Shown: positions 28,077-42,579, counted from the stretch's first letter. The stretch is 64,000 nucleotides of DNA from Octopus sinensis (GCF_006345805.1 NC_043011.1:17868464-17932463); one strand, 5' to 3'. Notes: a model not told the origin generated them from the sequence alone. Numbers and translations are program-made.

Positions 28077-29809
28077 AATGCTATGGATTTGTTTTCACCC
28101 TAATAAATATATGAAACCTCTAAACGTAGGATACTGATTATTCCTTTCATTTCTGCACAACTAATTTCAACTAGGATTGCCATTGATTGTACTTCCCATC
28201 TATTCATTTTGATGAATTTTGTATAGTAATTCACAATTATATTTACAACCACCAAAATACATTATTCTTTTTATATATCCATTTTCACGAAAATTCTCAA
28301 GTCATTCTGTTTTCTCGATTTCCTTTTTTCACTTGTGTAAATATTATAGACGGAATAATTACTTTGAGAACACCCCTTTAAGAGAAAGAAAATACTTCTA
28401 TTGTACATGTTCTTTCTTTAGAACCTAATATTGAGGACCATAACGAATAATTACCCGTTAGCAATAAAACAAATTAAGACTTGGAGAAAATAGGATTTTC
28501 TTCCGGTTAAATTTTGATGGAGTCTAAATTTAATGATAACCATATTAACGTTCTAATTATGGTGAAGCATATAAATTTAGGCATTAATTAAAATGATTTT
28601 GGATAACGAATGAATAAACGGAAAGTATGTAGGATGATTCCTAATCATCTATACAGGTTTATGAGATATTTCTAATGGATACTTATCGTTATGTGTTCCT
28701 TTCGTGATGCTTGCTTTTACTGCCACAAAAAAATTAAAGTGAGCGTATAAAACAATGAGATGAGACGGAATTATTGTCATAGTGATAATTCAAGTTAATA
28801 TAGAAATTTAATACTAAATTATAGATTTATAATTCTAAATAGTATATTTCTATATATTGTTTATCTTTAAATGCGTTTACTGTTTTCCAGCCATTTTACT
28901 GATATCAGCTATGCTGGGACATATTTCGTGCGGTTTATAGTCGTTGAATATTTTGTCTGCTAGATATATGATAAATATTGGAGTGAGAGAGCTCTCGATG
29001 TCGAATTGCAGAGCTATTGTTAGGAATAGGTATAATACAAAATAATGTTGCTGATATAGTTTATGCTATAGTAAAGATACAAACTGTAATATATAAGCTT
29101 CATATAATCTATATTACAACGATATGATGCAAATGAATGTCATAAGTTCAGTAAGCTTTGAAATATTAATGTAGGTTCACGCTGTATCCGCGGAAATACC
29201 GGGTTTAGAAAAAACAAACTTTTCAACTCTGACAACTAAAATCCATTCTCAGGTTATTTGTCCCATTGAAATATTCTACGTCACCAATTCAACGGGCTCT
29301 CCGATTGAAATTCGCTGCCCAACAGAAGAATATATAGAAAAAACATTCAAATTTCACTTATTTTTTTGTAAATAAAGTTAGTATTCGAGAGTCGAGATTT
29401 TATTTTGTCTCATATAATTGGAAATACATATCAATTTGTTATTCACTTTTCGCATTTTACATCTCAATGTGATTCTTTAATGATTTGGTAAATAAGAGCT
29501 GTACTAAGCTGCTACAAACATCCTGTCATGACGAGAAATAGCGAATATCTTACAGTTTGGGAAGAAATGTTAATATGTATATCAGCAATTTGCATTTGTA
29601 TGTTTTAAATATATAGTGTATGACATGACGGGAGAAATGCAAAATGTTTTATCAGGGCCTAACCAATCTACGTAAACGTAAGGCTGAACAATTATTTCAA
29701 CATATTTTTAGATACTTTCCAATATACTTCATTGATTTCTACCACCATCCTTTTGCATATACTCTTTAATTTTCGCTGAAAATTGCATTTCTCCTTTCTG
29801 CACTATATA

Positions 29810-30150
29810 TATGTGACGTGGTGACCCCGTACTAAATAAACAGCACATGACCTTGCAAGTGGGACCCGCATAGAATTTTCTTCCGGACGAGTGGCCTATC
29901 CCCCTCAAAATGTCTCTGAATAAGAGTTGTTTAAAGATGATGAATGAAAAACCCATGTTTCCAGAAGTGAATTCTTCAAACCCCCAAAAGTTCCTCGCAA
30001 CATATGGCTATGATGCTACCAAGCTGCTCCTGCTTATAATCAGAGATGCACATATCGTCGGCCACAACGATATTCAACTAGTGAATGTCAAAAAACTGAC
30101 AAGCAAATCTGTAGTTTTGAGTAACGCATCTTCTACACCAAGATACAATC
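29810..30150 (+). mobile_element. Partial copy of the (AAT)n-associated repeat at 35607-36156
   Basis: ATAAACAGCACATGACCTTGCA...TCTCTGAATAAG...CCCATGTTTCCAGA...ATCAGAGATGCACATAT aligns to the reverse complement of 35607-36156. Confidence 0.75.
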
Positions 30151-30227
30151 GACTAGCTCCCCTAGTGAAATTGCTGGCATTGTGCCAACATTTGAAACCG
30201 TTCTGCTGCTGCTACGACTACTACTAC

Positions 30228-30714
<487 letters not shown>

Positions 30715-31000
30715 GCTGTTATTGTTGGTGTTTGTATTGTAGTTGCTGTTGTTCTTAATACTATTATTACTAATATTTTCATATACATTCAAAAGATTAG
30801 ATTATTGGAAAAGAAAAGAATCTAAAACTCGGGCTACAAGTAGATTTAGATGCCAAGAAACCTCTTATTGAATTACAGCAAGTAACCTTAGATTCCAGGA
30901 ACCCTAATAAATACCCTAGCTGTTCGTAATAACAATGTTTCATGGAGCTGTCCTAAACTGGGTTTTATGTCTATTTCCTCTATCCATCTCTTTACTACGT

Positions 31001-31370
31001 TTATTTTTTGACTTGTTTCAATCATATAACTGCGGCCATGCTGGTGCACCACATTTAGTCGAATAAATCAACCCCAGGACTAGTGCGTGTTGTTTCGATC
31101 TATTTTTGCCGAACCCTTAGGTCACGGAGACGGAAACACATCAACATCGGTTGTCAAGCGATGGTAGGGAGACAAACAAACACATACACACACACACACA
31201 CATACACACACATATATATATATATCATCATTGTTCGACCGTGGTCGAGACAATGGAATTTATTATGCTACGTCAGACTTCACGGTCCATCATAGCATAG
31301 AAATATATATATATATACATATATATACACGACGGGATTCTTTCAGTTTCCAACTGGAAAATCCTCTCAC
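31001..31370 (-). mobile_element. SINE family A (3' part) interrupted by an RTE fragment
   Basis: GACTTGTTTCA...CTGCGGCCATGCTGG...GGTTGTCAAGCGATG...GACGGGATTCTTTCAGTTTCC. Confidence 0.8.
31225..31298 (-). mobile_element. 74 bp extreme 3' end of the RTE LINE
   Basis: Reverse complement aligns end to end with 7461-7535. Confidence 0.85.
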
Positions 31371-31399
31371 CTGGCTCTTTGCACTCTATTTTTTACTTC

Positions 31400-32029
31400 A
31401 GGTTTGTGATCGTACGAATTCTTTTCTCTGTAAAGGCCACACTTGTTGCAAAGTGTCCAATAGACACGCCTGGCTATATTGTCAAAGACTTCATTCTTAA
31501 GTCGTACCTCTAAACTCTCAATCACCCTGGGAAAATCATACAGAACGCTAATTCCCGAAATATTCTCTGTACATTATTCTGGCCCATGGACTGTGAGGCT
31601 CCTCTGTAGATTATTCATTTGTGTGTTTGTTCAAGGGAATCGCTTTCTATCCTCCACCTCATTTCTCAATATGGTCTCTGACGTAATCATTTATATACGC
31701 ACAAGTTATATTACTCATGTTCCTATTATATAAAGTGTCTATAATTACTCCAAATTCCGATTTAGCCTTAATTAACTACTAAGGTAAGCTAGTAACATAT
31801 TCCTTCTCACTTCTCATTTTCTTTCTTTCCTCTCTGCCCATCTATCTATCGATCTAACTATTCTTTTGTACACTTCTGCAATCCTCATCATATCTTCCGT
31901 TGCCGCTATCCCACCCTCATTCATCGAATACCTTCCTTGCCCCTTCCTTTCTTCATCTGTGGCCAGTAAGATTCAGCCTTAACTTACCGCTTTGCTATAT
32001 AAAAAACATGTCACTTCTCTTGCTCTCCC

Positions 32030-32111
<82 letters not shown>

Positions 32112-32720
32112 ATATATACTTTATTTAATAGCAGCAGAAATTTAAATAAAGCATATTACTCTACCTCTGGTATTTGAGTTTTCTTTTTTCCACCTTGTTT
32201 CACATTTATGTGTTTACTCCGGTATATATGTATCCTTCTTTGCTCAGCATGACTTCCTCTGCTTTTACCCCATTCTCATTTCACGAATACCCTGCTTGCC
32301 CCATGGCTTCATCAATAACAGGCTCCCATTACTTATTGTTTCAAATTCTGCCCCTCGGTATCCTGTTCGTATCTCTCTATTTTATTCGTATCTCAGCAGT
32401 CTTTCTCGTCCCCTAACCATCTACTCTCCCTACTTCATTCATTGCCTCTTTCTCTTGTTTTTTATAACTAAGAATTCATCATTGAATAAATCTCTTTATT
32501 GACAAGCCACACAATACTGACCCATCTCCAATCTCTCCCTTCTTGCCTCCGATGCATCTCTTCCTCTCCCTTTCGATTTCCTTATTACTCACCATTCCCT
32601 CCCTTGTATTTCTGATCTCTTCTTTTTCTTCCTTACTTCTTCCAAGCCATTTGCATTATTTCTCACCTTGCTATTTATTCCTATATACCCCTTCCCCAAT
32701 TCAACATTTAAATCTCTCGC
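31400..32720 (+). mobile_element. Ancient L2/CR1-like LINE remnant
   Basis: Pyrimidine-rich coding-like tract. TAC TGA CCC ATC TCC AAT CTC TCC CTT CTT at ~32515-32545 reads Y*PISNLSLL, matching the YRPISNLSFL RT motif with CpG decay. Confidence 0.35.
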
Positions 32721-34830
32721 ACCATACTGTGAACTGCTACAGGCAGGTTTCCAGTTCTGACGAAGGAAGATGGCGTTATGATAATGTCCGCACATTCAAT
32801 TACTGGCTGCATATCCAAGACATTTTCCATATTCCTTCTGCCAATTTTAAGCAATACTACTATTACGTAATTCCGAGCTCTCAAATCCAGCTGTCGAATT
32901 AAAAAATCTGAATTCTATCCTCAGTTTTCTGTATTTTTTTATACTCAATGCAATTTTCTGAATATATTTATTTGTGTTTATACATGCATCCCTAATTTTA
33001 TTTATCTATACGTATACATGTTTAAATATTCATGTATATTAAGCTTATCTATATCACTGTTTCAATATCAGCTCCCCTAGATTTCTCTTTTAGCCATTCT
33101 TTACCACGTGGAACTAGTTCTCCATAAGGACATCAAAATTTATGATTAAAATTATTTGAGCTGTTTTCGATATTAAATAGCTTACCTGTTGAGTGTATGC
33201 ACACACACACACACACACGTATGTATGTATATATTTGCTCATATATTCCAGTTACTAGTATGTATTCGATAGTATATACTACCTTTGAGTATATTTTATT
33301 AAATGTAAATTCAGATTTCTGTATAAGCTACTAACATATTTGCTTAGGTTACGATTCATGCTTTTGTTCTGTCAAATGTTATTCCACAAACGCAGAAACG
33401 TAAGCACAATTTCTCACACGTACAAGAAAAACCTCGTAAGCATACACACACAGACACACGCATACATATAATTTTATTTATATATGTATGTACGTATACA
33501 TGTAATTTTCTGTGTGTATGCTGGCACTTCTTTGTACATTCTTCTTTGTGTATATGCATGTGTATAATTGTGTGTCTATGTCTGAAACTACGCGAGTGTA
33601 TAAGTTGTGTGTATGTTTGCTTTCGACTCACTTATGTTTGTCCATGTCTGAAAGCACGCGAGTGTATATGTTTGCTTCTGCTAGACTGGTTCAGTTTGAA
33701 ATCCAAAATATTTTTTTTATTATTACATTATTAGTTTGCTTAAAACAATAAATTTCGAAGGTACATCGACATTTTAAAACCTACTCCGACTTATAGCTGA
33801 ATGAAATGTTAATGGTAGCCGTAGTTATTACTATTTTATTGTAGCCAGGAATCATGGGAACGATGTAATGTATGTTTCTTATTTGTTACTGCCATTATCG
33901 TTAAATTTTCCATGACTGACGCCAGATTTCTTCCGGCAATCAGCTGCACGTTTAGCCTTGGTTGCTGATGCTATATTGTTGCTAGTTTCTAGAATATATG
34001 CATAAAGCTTTGAATAGTATTTTGGTATTAATGAAGACTACATATTCGATTTTCTAACTGCGGTACAATTTATACATACAAACGCACACATATTCATACT
34101 TGTATATATTACCAAATAAGTATTTTATTCTTCTGTCTGGTTGTTGATTAGTTTCACGACAATGTGTGTCTAGGACTAGATTATCCAGTGCACCCTTACA
34201 TTTGTAAACATATAAGAAGTTCTTTGATGTACATGACACTAATAGGTCTAGTAACTCTAATAGACATAAATTCCCTTGTTTTGTCGTTTTTTTTTGTTTT
34301 GTTATACTTAGTATTTATTTGGTTTGGGGCATTATGCTATAATGCAACCACTATGATATTATATGGTAGATTTCAAACAAATACGCATATCCTACTTACC
34401 AGATTTGAAATTTTCATTAAAGTATTGAAGTTATTCAGATCCTTACAGAACAACTATTGAAAGTCATTTATCAGAGAGAATAAGGAAAATTAGTTTATGA
34501 TGATCCACGCTTGATAGACAATAGTCAATACAGTATCATCATACTCAATGATGTGAAGAAAAATCCTACCTAAATTAACATATATTATTTTTCAGGGGAT
34601 ATTAGTTCAGCGAGTAAATTAATTAAAATCCCCTTTACGCAAGTGCAGGCGAAGAATTCAGAAATTATCCCAGAGAAGCCGATCATTTCCATTTCTATTA
34701 TATGTTGATCAGAAAATCGTATATTTGATGTATGATTTAGGTAATTTCCCTAATTAGTTATGCTGTTTTGAAGTCTACCTGTATTTAATACATTAACTTA
34801 CCTTTCACTAATATGCCGATTGCAGGAAAA

Positions 34831-34990
34831 AATGTATTACATTATTTACATTATTTACATTTGACGGATATTTATCCTCATCTTGTCTGTTGTTAACACA
34901 ACGTTTCGGCTGATATACCCTCCAGGCTTCATCAGGTGTCTTGGGGATATTTCGAACCTGGGTTCTCATTTCTAAGGTATTTTCGATGTT

Positions 34991-35035
<45 letters not shown>

Positions 35036-35230
35036 GTTGTTTTTCTTGTTATTGTTCATGTCACTGCTTGGAATTGAACTCGGAATCTTGGGGTTAGTAG
35101 CCCGCGCTCTTAACCACTACACCATATGCCCTTAGGCATATGGCGTAGTGGTTAACAAGATGAGGACAAATATCCTTATAATGTAGATAATTTAGATAAT
35201 GTACATAATTCCTCATCTCTTAGATATAGA
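34831..35230. mobile_element. Head-to-head pair of a composite short element: tRNA-like head + (AAT)n + hammerhead-bearing tail
   Basis: Minus-strand copy: tRNA-like head 35060-35130, then (AAT)n, then a tail with an HHR (34895-34940). The plus-strand copy from 35135 has the first 21 nt of the head joined to the same CAAGATGAGGACAAATATCC tail. Confidence 0.75.
34895..34940 (-). ncRNA. Minimal type I hammerhead ribozyme motif
   Basis: GACAC-CTGATGA-A-GCCTG(gagggtatat)CAGCC-GAAA-C-GTT-GTGTT. Stem I GACAC/GTGTT, stem II with one mismatch, palindromic AACGTT stem III. Confidence 0.75.
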
Positions 35231-35511
35231 ATTGAAAAAACATATTGTACGCTAAGATAATAATTCCGAAGGTGATCTGGTATTAGTACATGTACTTGTG
35301 AAGAGCTAATTTAATTTGCTCTTGAACTAATTTCCTTTATGCCTAACACATATGAATTATTAATTACATTATTTTCTTCACTAAATTGAAAATTTAAAAA
35401 CACTCCTATTTGATTAATTTCAAATGTTATTGATGCTAATCTATGGTTGTGCATACGCATTTTCTTTGGGTGAATATGATTTAATGTAGGCATTTACATA
35501 ATATAATAATA

Positions 35512-35551
<40 letters not shown>

Positions 35552-35562
35552 TAATAATAAAT

Positions 35563-35606
<44 letters not shown>

Positions 35607-35607
<1 letters not shown>

Positions 35608-36156
35608 GCCCTGATGCAGTACCAGGCAGTGGCTCTCATGGCTTCTGATCTTGACTGATTGGAGATGTTATCATGTACATTGTTTCGTCTTGGTATAAAA
35701 GATGGGCTACAGCAAATATTCTGCTCAATACCACAGATTTGTTTGTCAGTTGTTTGACCTTAACTAGTTGAGCATGTCCCTTAGTGGCTGACAATATGTG
35801 CATCTCTGATCACGAGCAGAAGTAGTGGGGGAGCATCATGACCATGGGGGGGATTCTTTGGGGTTTGAATAATTCACCTCTGGAAACATGGGTGGTTCTT
35901 TCAACATCCTTAAACAACCCTTATTCAGAGACCTTTTGAGCGGTTGGGGCTACTCAACCTGAAGAAAATTCTAACTGGGCCCCACCTGCAAGGTCATGTG
36001 CTGTTTATCTTGATATGAGATCACCATGTCGCGCACATATGGTTGTGATGCATGTGCCTGGTGTACCTTTATCAGACGGGTAGTCATGATGGGTATATTG
36101 GGTTTCGTATATTTTACCCCAGTGTCACTTTGATGGCATGCACTGCTCTCTCACTC
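35607..36156 (-). mobile_element. 550 bp repeat embedded in (AAT)n, possibly non-autonomous R4/Dong-like
   Basis: Complex sequence with (AAT)n on both sides (35502-35606 and 36157-36277); second copy at 29810-30150. The R4/Dong link is inferred from the target only. Confidence 0.55.
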
Positions 36157-36187
36157 AATAATAATAATAATAATAATAATTATAATG

Positions 36188-36260
<73 letters not shown>

Positions 36261-36957
36261 TAATAATAATAATAATGAAATTATTATATACAGTGCTCAG
36301 GTGCACCACAACTTGTCAAAAGTGCGTATAAAGTATATGCAATAATTTACAAATGTCTAGAAAGCGAACAGTGTATGAGTCAGATACATGCTTGCGTGTG
36401 TATGGAGGGGAGAAAATCAGGTGTAGTGTTGGAGAATCTCAGGAAGTATGGAATTTATAAAGGGTGATATGATATGATACAGGCACAATCTATTTCAGTT
36501 CAATTCAGACTAGGTTACTTTAGAGTTTTGCTAGCAATTGTATACATTAAAATTACTCTTACGTTATGAAATGACTAGTTAAATATAAATGTAAAATTAC
36601 ATTGCATGAGTATCGGTCTGTCGTATAGATTTAGCGACATGTATAATGCTACGTCTCGTTCATGTAAGAGTATAAATTTCATCTCTGAAATTCTTGAGCA
36701 AACGTAGATATTATAGTTTTATCATTTGTATGAAGGTGTATAATTATGTGAATAACCACTGAAACTGAAATTTGCTAAACTCCATGAAAATATATATTTA
36801 CTGTAATATATTTCTTAAACTATTTAAAACATTTTCTGAGTATCTATTTCAATCTAGCAATATATATATATATTGTGTCTGGGGAGAGTCATTCTCTTTT
36901 AGTGCCTTATTATTTAACTTTTATCCGACTTTTATTTTTGGCACGGAATTACACGAT

Positions 36958-36988
<31 letters not shown>

Positions 36989-38787
36989 TTATATATTCGT
37001 ATATATTATAATGACTTATATATGTCCTCTCTCTTTAGATGCGTGTCGGCGTGGAAGGGAAGAATTATTGACCTTGAAATTTGTCTTTCTAATCAATACT
37101 ATAATCTAACCGCTTAATAAATTGAGCCCTACGTTGTTCTTTGTTAATTTTCTTTAATTTTCATTACCTATATATGTATATGTGTGTGTGTGTGAGTGTG
37201 TGTGTGCATGTATATGTATATTTATATCACAGAAATATGTTACAAAAAGAAAATATAAATTACACGTGGAAAGATAAGGGAAAAACAAGAAAAATAAACG
37301 GGAATGCACATTGTAAGTAAAAAAAGAAAAGGCTTTTTATGACAGGTAACGACAAATATATACATTTAGATTGACTGAGGTAGTAATAAAATTCATAAAA
37401 GTGTTTTCATTTGGTTTATAATGTTGTTTAAATTAGCCTGTATGCTTATTCATATTAATATATATAAGGTAATGTTTCTGAGGTTAAGGTTAATCGTAGA
37501 TTTTAGATTTAGTTGAGTAAATATTTTTCAAAATGTTGGCCTTATATCATATATTTCGTATCATTTTTTGTTGTACTACTACTAGAGAATCGTCCTGAAT
37601 GGCATCCTGTCGGTTTCTTCCAAATATTTTTAAAGATCTTGTAAGATGTAATGGCCAGTCACATCCACTATTTATCTTACATCTAAAATATTTCTTTCTC
37701 ATTCTTTTGCACCCGCTAGGAGACGTGTTTCTAATCTATCTGCCGCTGATGAAGCTACTTTCAAAATAAGGGAGCCCCAGACTACAACACCCCATTAGAA
37801 AGGGTAACTTTAAAAGTAGTATAATCTTTATTGCACCAAATTGTGAAAATCAATGATTTCCTTGAATTCATTATAACGGCGACATCAGTATTTGTAACCG
37901 TTTTATATGATTTATTATATGCTTTATTACGTTCAAGTGACAATGGAGCAGGTTTTCGGATATCGACGGGTTAATGACCGAGATATCCAAAGTAATAAAT
38001 TTGCGTGTAGGATTATTTTCAATTGTCTGGAAACAACCTGTCGTTGTACGGCTACACATATATTGAGTAAAATTTGAGATGGTTCTGATGTTTCGTGTGA
38101 TGTAGTCTAGTATACTTTTTGCTAATAATGCCTATTTTGATTTTCCTGGGATTTATTAACCAATAGTAACATGTTTGTGTAAAACTAATTGCCCGATGAC
38201 ACTGATATACCAAAAAGACAATATGCACCCATATAATTAGGCTGGATTACCTTATTACACAGATATAAGTGCATAAGGATTCACGGAAAAAAACATTTAT
38301 AGAAAATATATTACAAACTCATGGACGAAGGTTGTTCTGTGAGATCCCACAAAAATGTATACGTATTCAAGCTCGAGTAAATAAGCTAGAAATGTCGAAC
38401 CAATTATAGAGAATAATATAAATTCATGTATCTTCCATCTTCCGTCTTTCTTTTACCACATACGTGCACACACACACATACACACACAAACATACACATT
38501 CAAACCCACGCAGAAACACGCACAGATATGTATACATACAATTGCATACGTGGGTATATCTTAGTGTGTGTTTGTGTTTTGTGTGGATGTCCATGTCCAC
38601 ATATATGTACTTGCATTATGTACGTTGTTCACATTTGTAGGAATTTCAGCAATTATACTTATATTTTAAAATTTAGAGGCACACGAGCGTTCTCCCTTCA
38701 GATGATTAAGCAATTAAACTATAGTGAAAACAGCTCCCTGCAATAATGCGAGCTGTTGTAAGGGAGATGACAATTACGATGTACTGA

Positions 38788-39020
38788 TATGTTTCTTTAT
38801 TACCCACAAGGGGCTAAACATAGAGGGCACAACCAAGGACGGACAAACGGATTAAGTCGATTACATCGACCCCAGTGCGTAACTGGTACTTAATTTATCG
38901 ACCCCAAAAGGATGAAAGGCAAATCAACCTCGGCGGAATTTGAACCCGGAACGTAACAGCAGACGAAATACGGCTACGCATTTCGCCCGGCATGCTAACG
39001 TTTCTGCCAGCTCGCTGCCA
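38788..39020 (-). mobile_element. SINE family B, full length
   Basis: Matches 4171-4392 and 46398-46633. Confidence 0.9.
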
Positions 39021-40430
39021 TTACGATGTACTTATATATAACCTCCCATCATCAGTATATGTGTTTACATCAAAATCACGTAAAACCTGTGTAAACTATT
39101 GCATTATCATCCAAAATGTAAATTATTTGGACCGTTCAACTGCGGTATGCATGACAATTGTAAGTAGATCGCTCTCACATGAAACCATTTGTAGCCACAA
39201 ATGTCACCCACACAGAAAAAAACCCATTTATCCACCAATATGTTGTTGAGCACTCCTTCTCAGTATTCAATATTAGAGTGTTTACAGTCACACAGATACA
39301 CACACACACAGGTACACTTACTCACACACACAGATATATATATATTCTACTCAGGCATAGTGTTATCGAGTATTATATTGTGTTAAATGTATTTTATTCT
39401 TTAAAGATGCTAATGCGTGATGTAAATGAACCTCAATAATTGTGCATTCCTCTGATGCTTTATTTTGCTAGAAATACATTTAAAGGAATAATTTATCGCC
39501 TGGAATAAAGGACATATTAAGTAATATAGTTCAAAATATTCTGTCTTAAAAGTTTAGATGGTCACTCTCGTCTGGCTTGGGAATACAGAGTAGCATTAAC
39601 ATTCCTACACATTTATATAAAATATTGAAATATAACAATGTACTGTAAAAATAAAATAAAAAGATGGAGATAATTTAGAGAAATTGTTCTTATTTATTAT
39701 ATGTAAATATTTTTGTGTAACATTACTAAGTTTGAAATTTGAAAGAATTCTTAAAATAAATAAAACAACGTCATTTAAAATATAGAAAACTGAATGTATA
39801 TGATTGTGTTAGATAAAAGCGAGACACGCATGGAGATTGATTTGAATTCATAAAAAGAAAATAAAAATACCAAAGACATTTCTTTTCTTTTTTTATTAAT
39901 AAAATAGAGAAGAGAAGCTCTATTAAAAAATTGCATTAGCATATTCAAATGTACAGTTTTCCTATTTTCATACATTTTGCCTCCAAGTAACCTTTGAAAA
40001 GTTAAGATTTGGTTTTATACGTGTAGACCGATATGAGAAGAGGCAATATAGAGAACAAAATGGAACACACTGAAATGCTTTCAGTTATCTGTTGAGAACA
40101 TTACAACAGAAGATGCCATACTTCAACAAAGGTTCATTGAAATAATAACTCATGAAATATATTTGAAATATAGGAAGCTATACAATCAAAATTCACTATA
40201 AAATGTAAAGCAAATACAAAGAAGTAACTATATAACAGATCGCTGAAAGCATTTCAGACTCCAACAGATGTTCTATTCCAATGGAATATCATTCAAGAAA
40301 TCAAATGCTGCCGTTAAATTTCTAACAAAGACTACACATGCACAAGGACACACACTCTCATGCTCAGTCACCACATGCATACATACGTGTGTATGAAGCC
40401 TAGCAAATATATAAATACACACATATGGAG

Positions 40431-40462
<32 letters not shown>

Positions 40463-40935
40463 TAGGATATGTGTATATATATGTATATGTATATATATAT
40501 ATGTAAAGATATATATATATCTTTATATATATATATATATATACTTTTATAAGCATATGTGCGCGAGAACATGCACAGACGCACGTGCACAAACAAGAAC
40601 ACATACACACATATCAATGGGTATTAAAATAAAATATAGATATATCATTTCCGAAATATGTAAATCTTTTGTAATGTTGAAATTCATAAGTAGATTCTCA
40701 AGGGTTAAACTGCATAGATAACGGTATTTCATGAGTGAGTATTGATTGGGCTATTAATCTCATACATCACAATTTTATATATGAGCACAATACATACACC
40801 AGCAGTAATACATCTAAGTACTCACACATTCACATATATGTATATATGTTTGTAAGTGTGTTTGTGTATGTGTGACTGTATATACAAATATATATTGTAT
40901 CAGTGTGGCGAGTTTCTGTATATACATACGTGTGA

Positions 40936-41365
40936 ATATGCACAATTATTTTGTAATATTAGAAGAGCCAGTTAGGAAATAAATCCTGATAGCTGTCTTA
41001 TTTCTCCTACTGTGTGTCTTCAGATATGCGCATCCTCCTTTGAATTCCATAGGAAATACTAAAATCATTGTGGCATGAACGAAATGTGCATTAGAGGCTA
41101 CCTGTTTTGCAAATAATGATATCCGTCTCTTAATACGGACAATCAGTGTAGTACGGGCAGAATGCAGTTTGACAAGCCCTGGTGACAATATATTTATGAT
41201 TGCATTAACCATTTAAAATAGATTAACAAAACACCACATGTGTAACACTCACTATATATGAATGCACGCCAGTGCTAATGTATGTACATAAGCGTGCATA
41301 TGCACAATTATTTTGTAATATTAGAAGAGCCAGTTAGGAAATAAATTCTGATAGCTGTCGTATTT
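40936..41365. repeat. 68 bp direct repeat pair
   Basis: 40936-41003 and 41298-41365 differ at 2 positions. Confidence 0.9.
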
Positions 41366-41960
41366 GCATGGTACTTGTATCAAAATAATAAACTTTGTAG
41401 GCAACAATGAAACTAATTATTAATTCGAATGATTTAACTTCTGGTAATTTTTATGTGAAGTAAATTTTGAATCTTAATTTCTGATTTTGTGCCTTTCTTT
41501 ATTATATATTTTCACGTATTTTTGCATTTATTATAACATGTATTTATTTTGTGTTTAACATCGACTTCTCAGATGGATTAAAAGTCAACAAAAATTGCTT
41601 TATTGAATTTATATTTATTAACACGTAATAAATTTGAATATTTGTATACATACATATAAAAGGCGCAAAAGTTTGTGTATTGTATTTATATTATATGTAA
41701 TTATTGAACTATGTTGTTGTTTGCAATGGACTGTTAAATCCAAAAATTCAAAAGTTGTAAAAGTTGTAAGAGGTTTAATACCTCATTTTGTGTTTGGTTT
41801 TAAAGAACAATGTTTTAGAGAAGCAGAAGTCGGCGGGCGCTTTTTGTCTTCTCCCATCCTTATCATCTTTCTTTCATTATCATTCATTTCATTAATGTCC
41901 TCGTCCAGCCCGCAAAGCTACTTTACTCTATGTACTGCCTTCATGGCAAATGTAATGGAA

Positions 41961-42101
41961 TAAAGAAGCTTACTTCACAATTACATTGTTCCGGGTTCAG
42001 TCCCACTACGTGACACCTTAGGCAAGTGTCTTCTACTATAGCCTCGATCTGACCAACGCCTTAAGTGTGGATTTGGTAGACGGAAACGGAAAGAAGCCAG
42101 T

Positions 42102-42105
<4 letters not shown>
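41961..42105 (+). mobile_element. SINE family A, 5' half of a split copy
   Basis: GGTTCAGTCCCACTACGTG...GGATTTGGTAGACGGAAAC, followed by (TA)n. Confidence 0.8.
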
Positions 42106-42183
<78 letters not shown>

Positions 42184-42269
42184 TATTAGAGACAAAACCA
42201 CTATTTTGCAAAACAAACAAGGAAGACTTAATCAATACATAAAATTTTAATAAATAGTCAAAAAAACCG

Positions 42270-42312
42270 CCACTACAATTGTTTCTTGTCTTGATCGACA
42301 ATCTTCAGGTGG
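42270..42312 (-). ncRNA. Minimal type I hammerhead ribozyme motif (left arm)
   Basis: Exact reverse complement of 42537-42579. Confidence 0.85.
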
Positions 42313-42536
42313 ACTTCCAATCTTTGTTAGGTTCCTGAGGATTTTCTTGTCGTGGTCTCTGCTACCTGGAATCGAACCCTTCTTCACTGAAATTCTTGCT
42401 CAAGAAAACCTGTCCGATGCTGCTGAATCTCGCTGCAAGTATTATGTTGAACGACTAGAAATATTGAAATTGCCACCAACCATTCCTCCAAGACCACGAC
42501 AAGAAAATCCTCAGGAACCTAACAAAGATTGGAAGT

Positions 42537-42579
42537 CCACCTGAAGATTGTCGATCAAGACAAGAAACAATTGTAGTGG
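42537..42579 (+). ncRNA. Minimal type I hammerhead ribozyme motif (right arm)
   Basis: CCAC-CTGAAGA-TTGTC(gatcaa)GACAA-GAAA-C(aatt)GTA-GTGG. All stems pair; GUA cleavage triplet, predicted cut after 42575. Confidence 0.85.

Noticed and set aside
35060-35130. Possible tRNA gene
   Set aside because: A and B boxes and an anticodon-like arm are present, but the ends do not form an acceptor stem. Treated as a SINE head.
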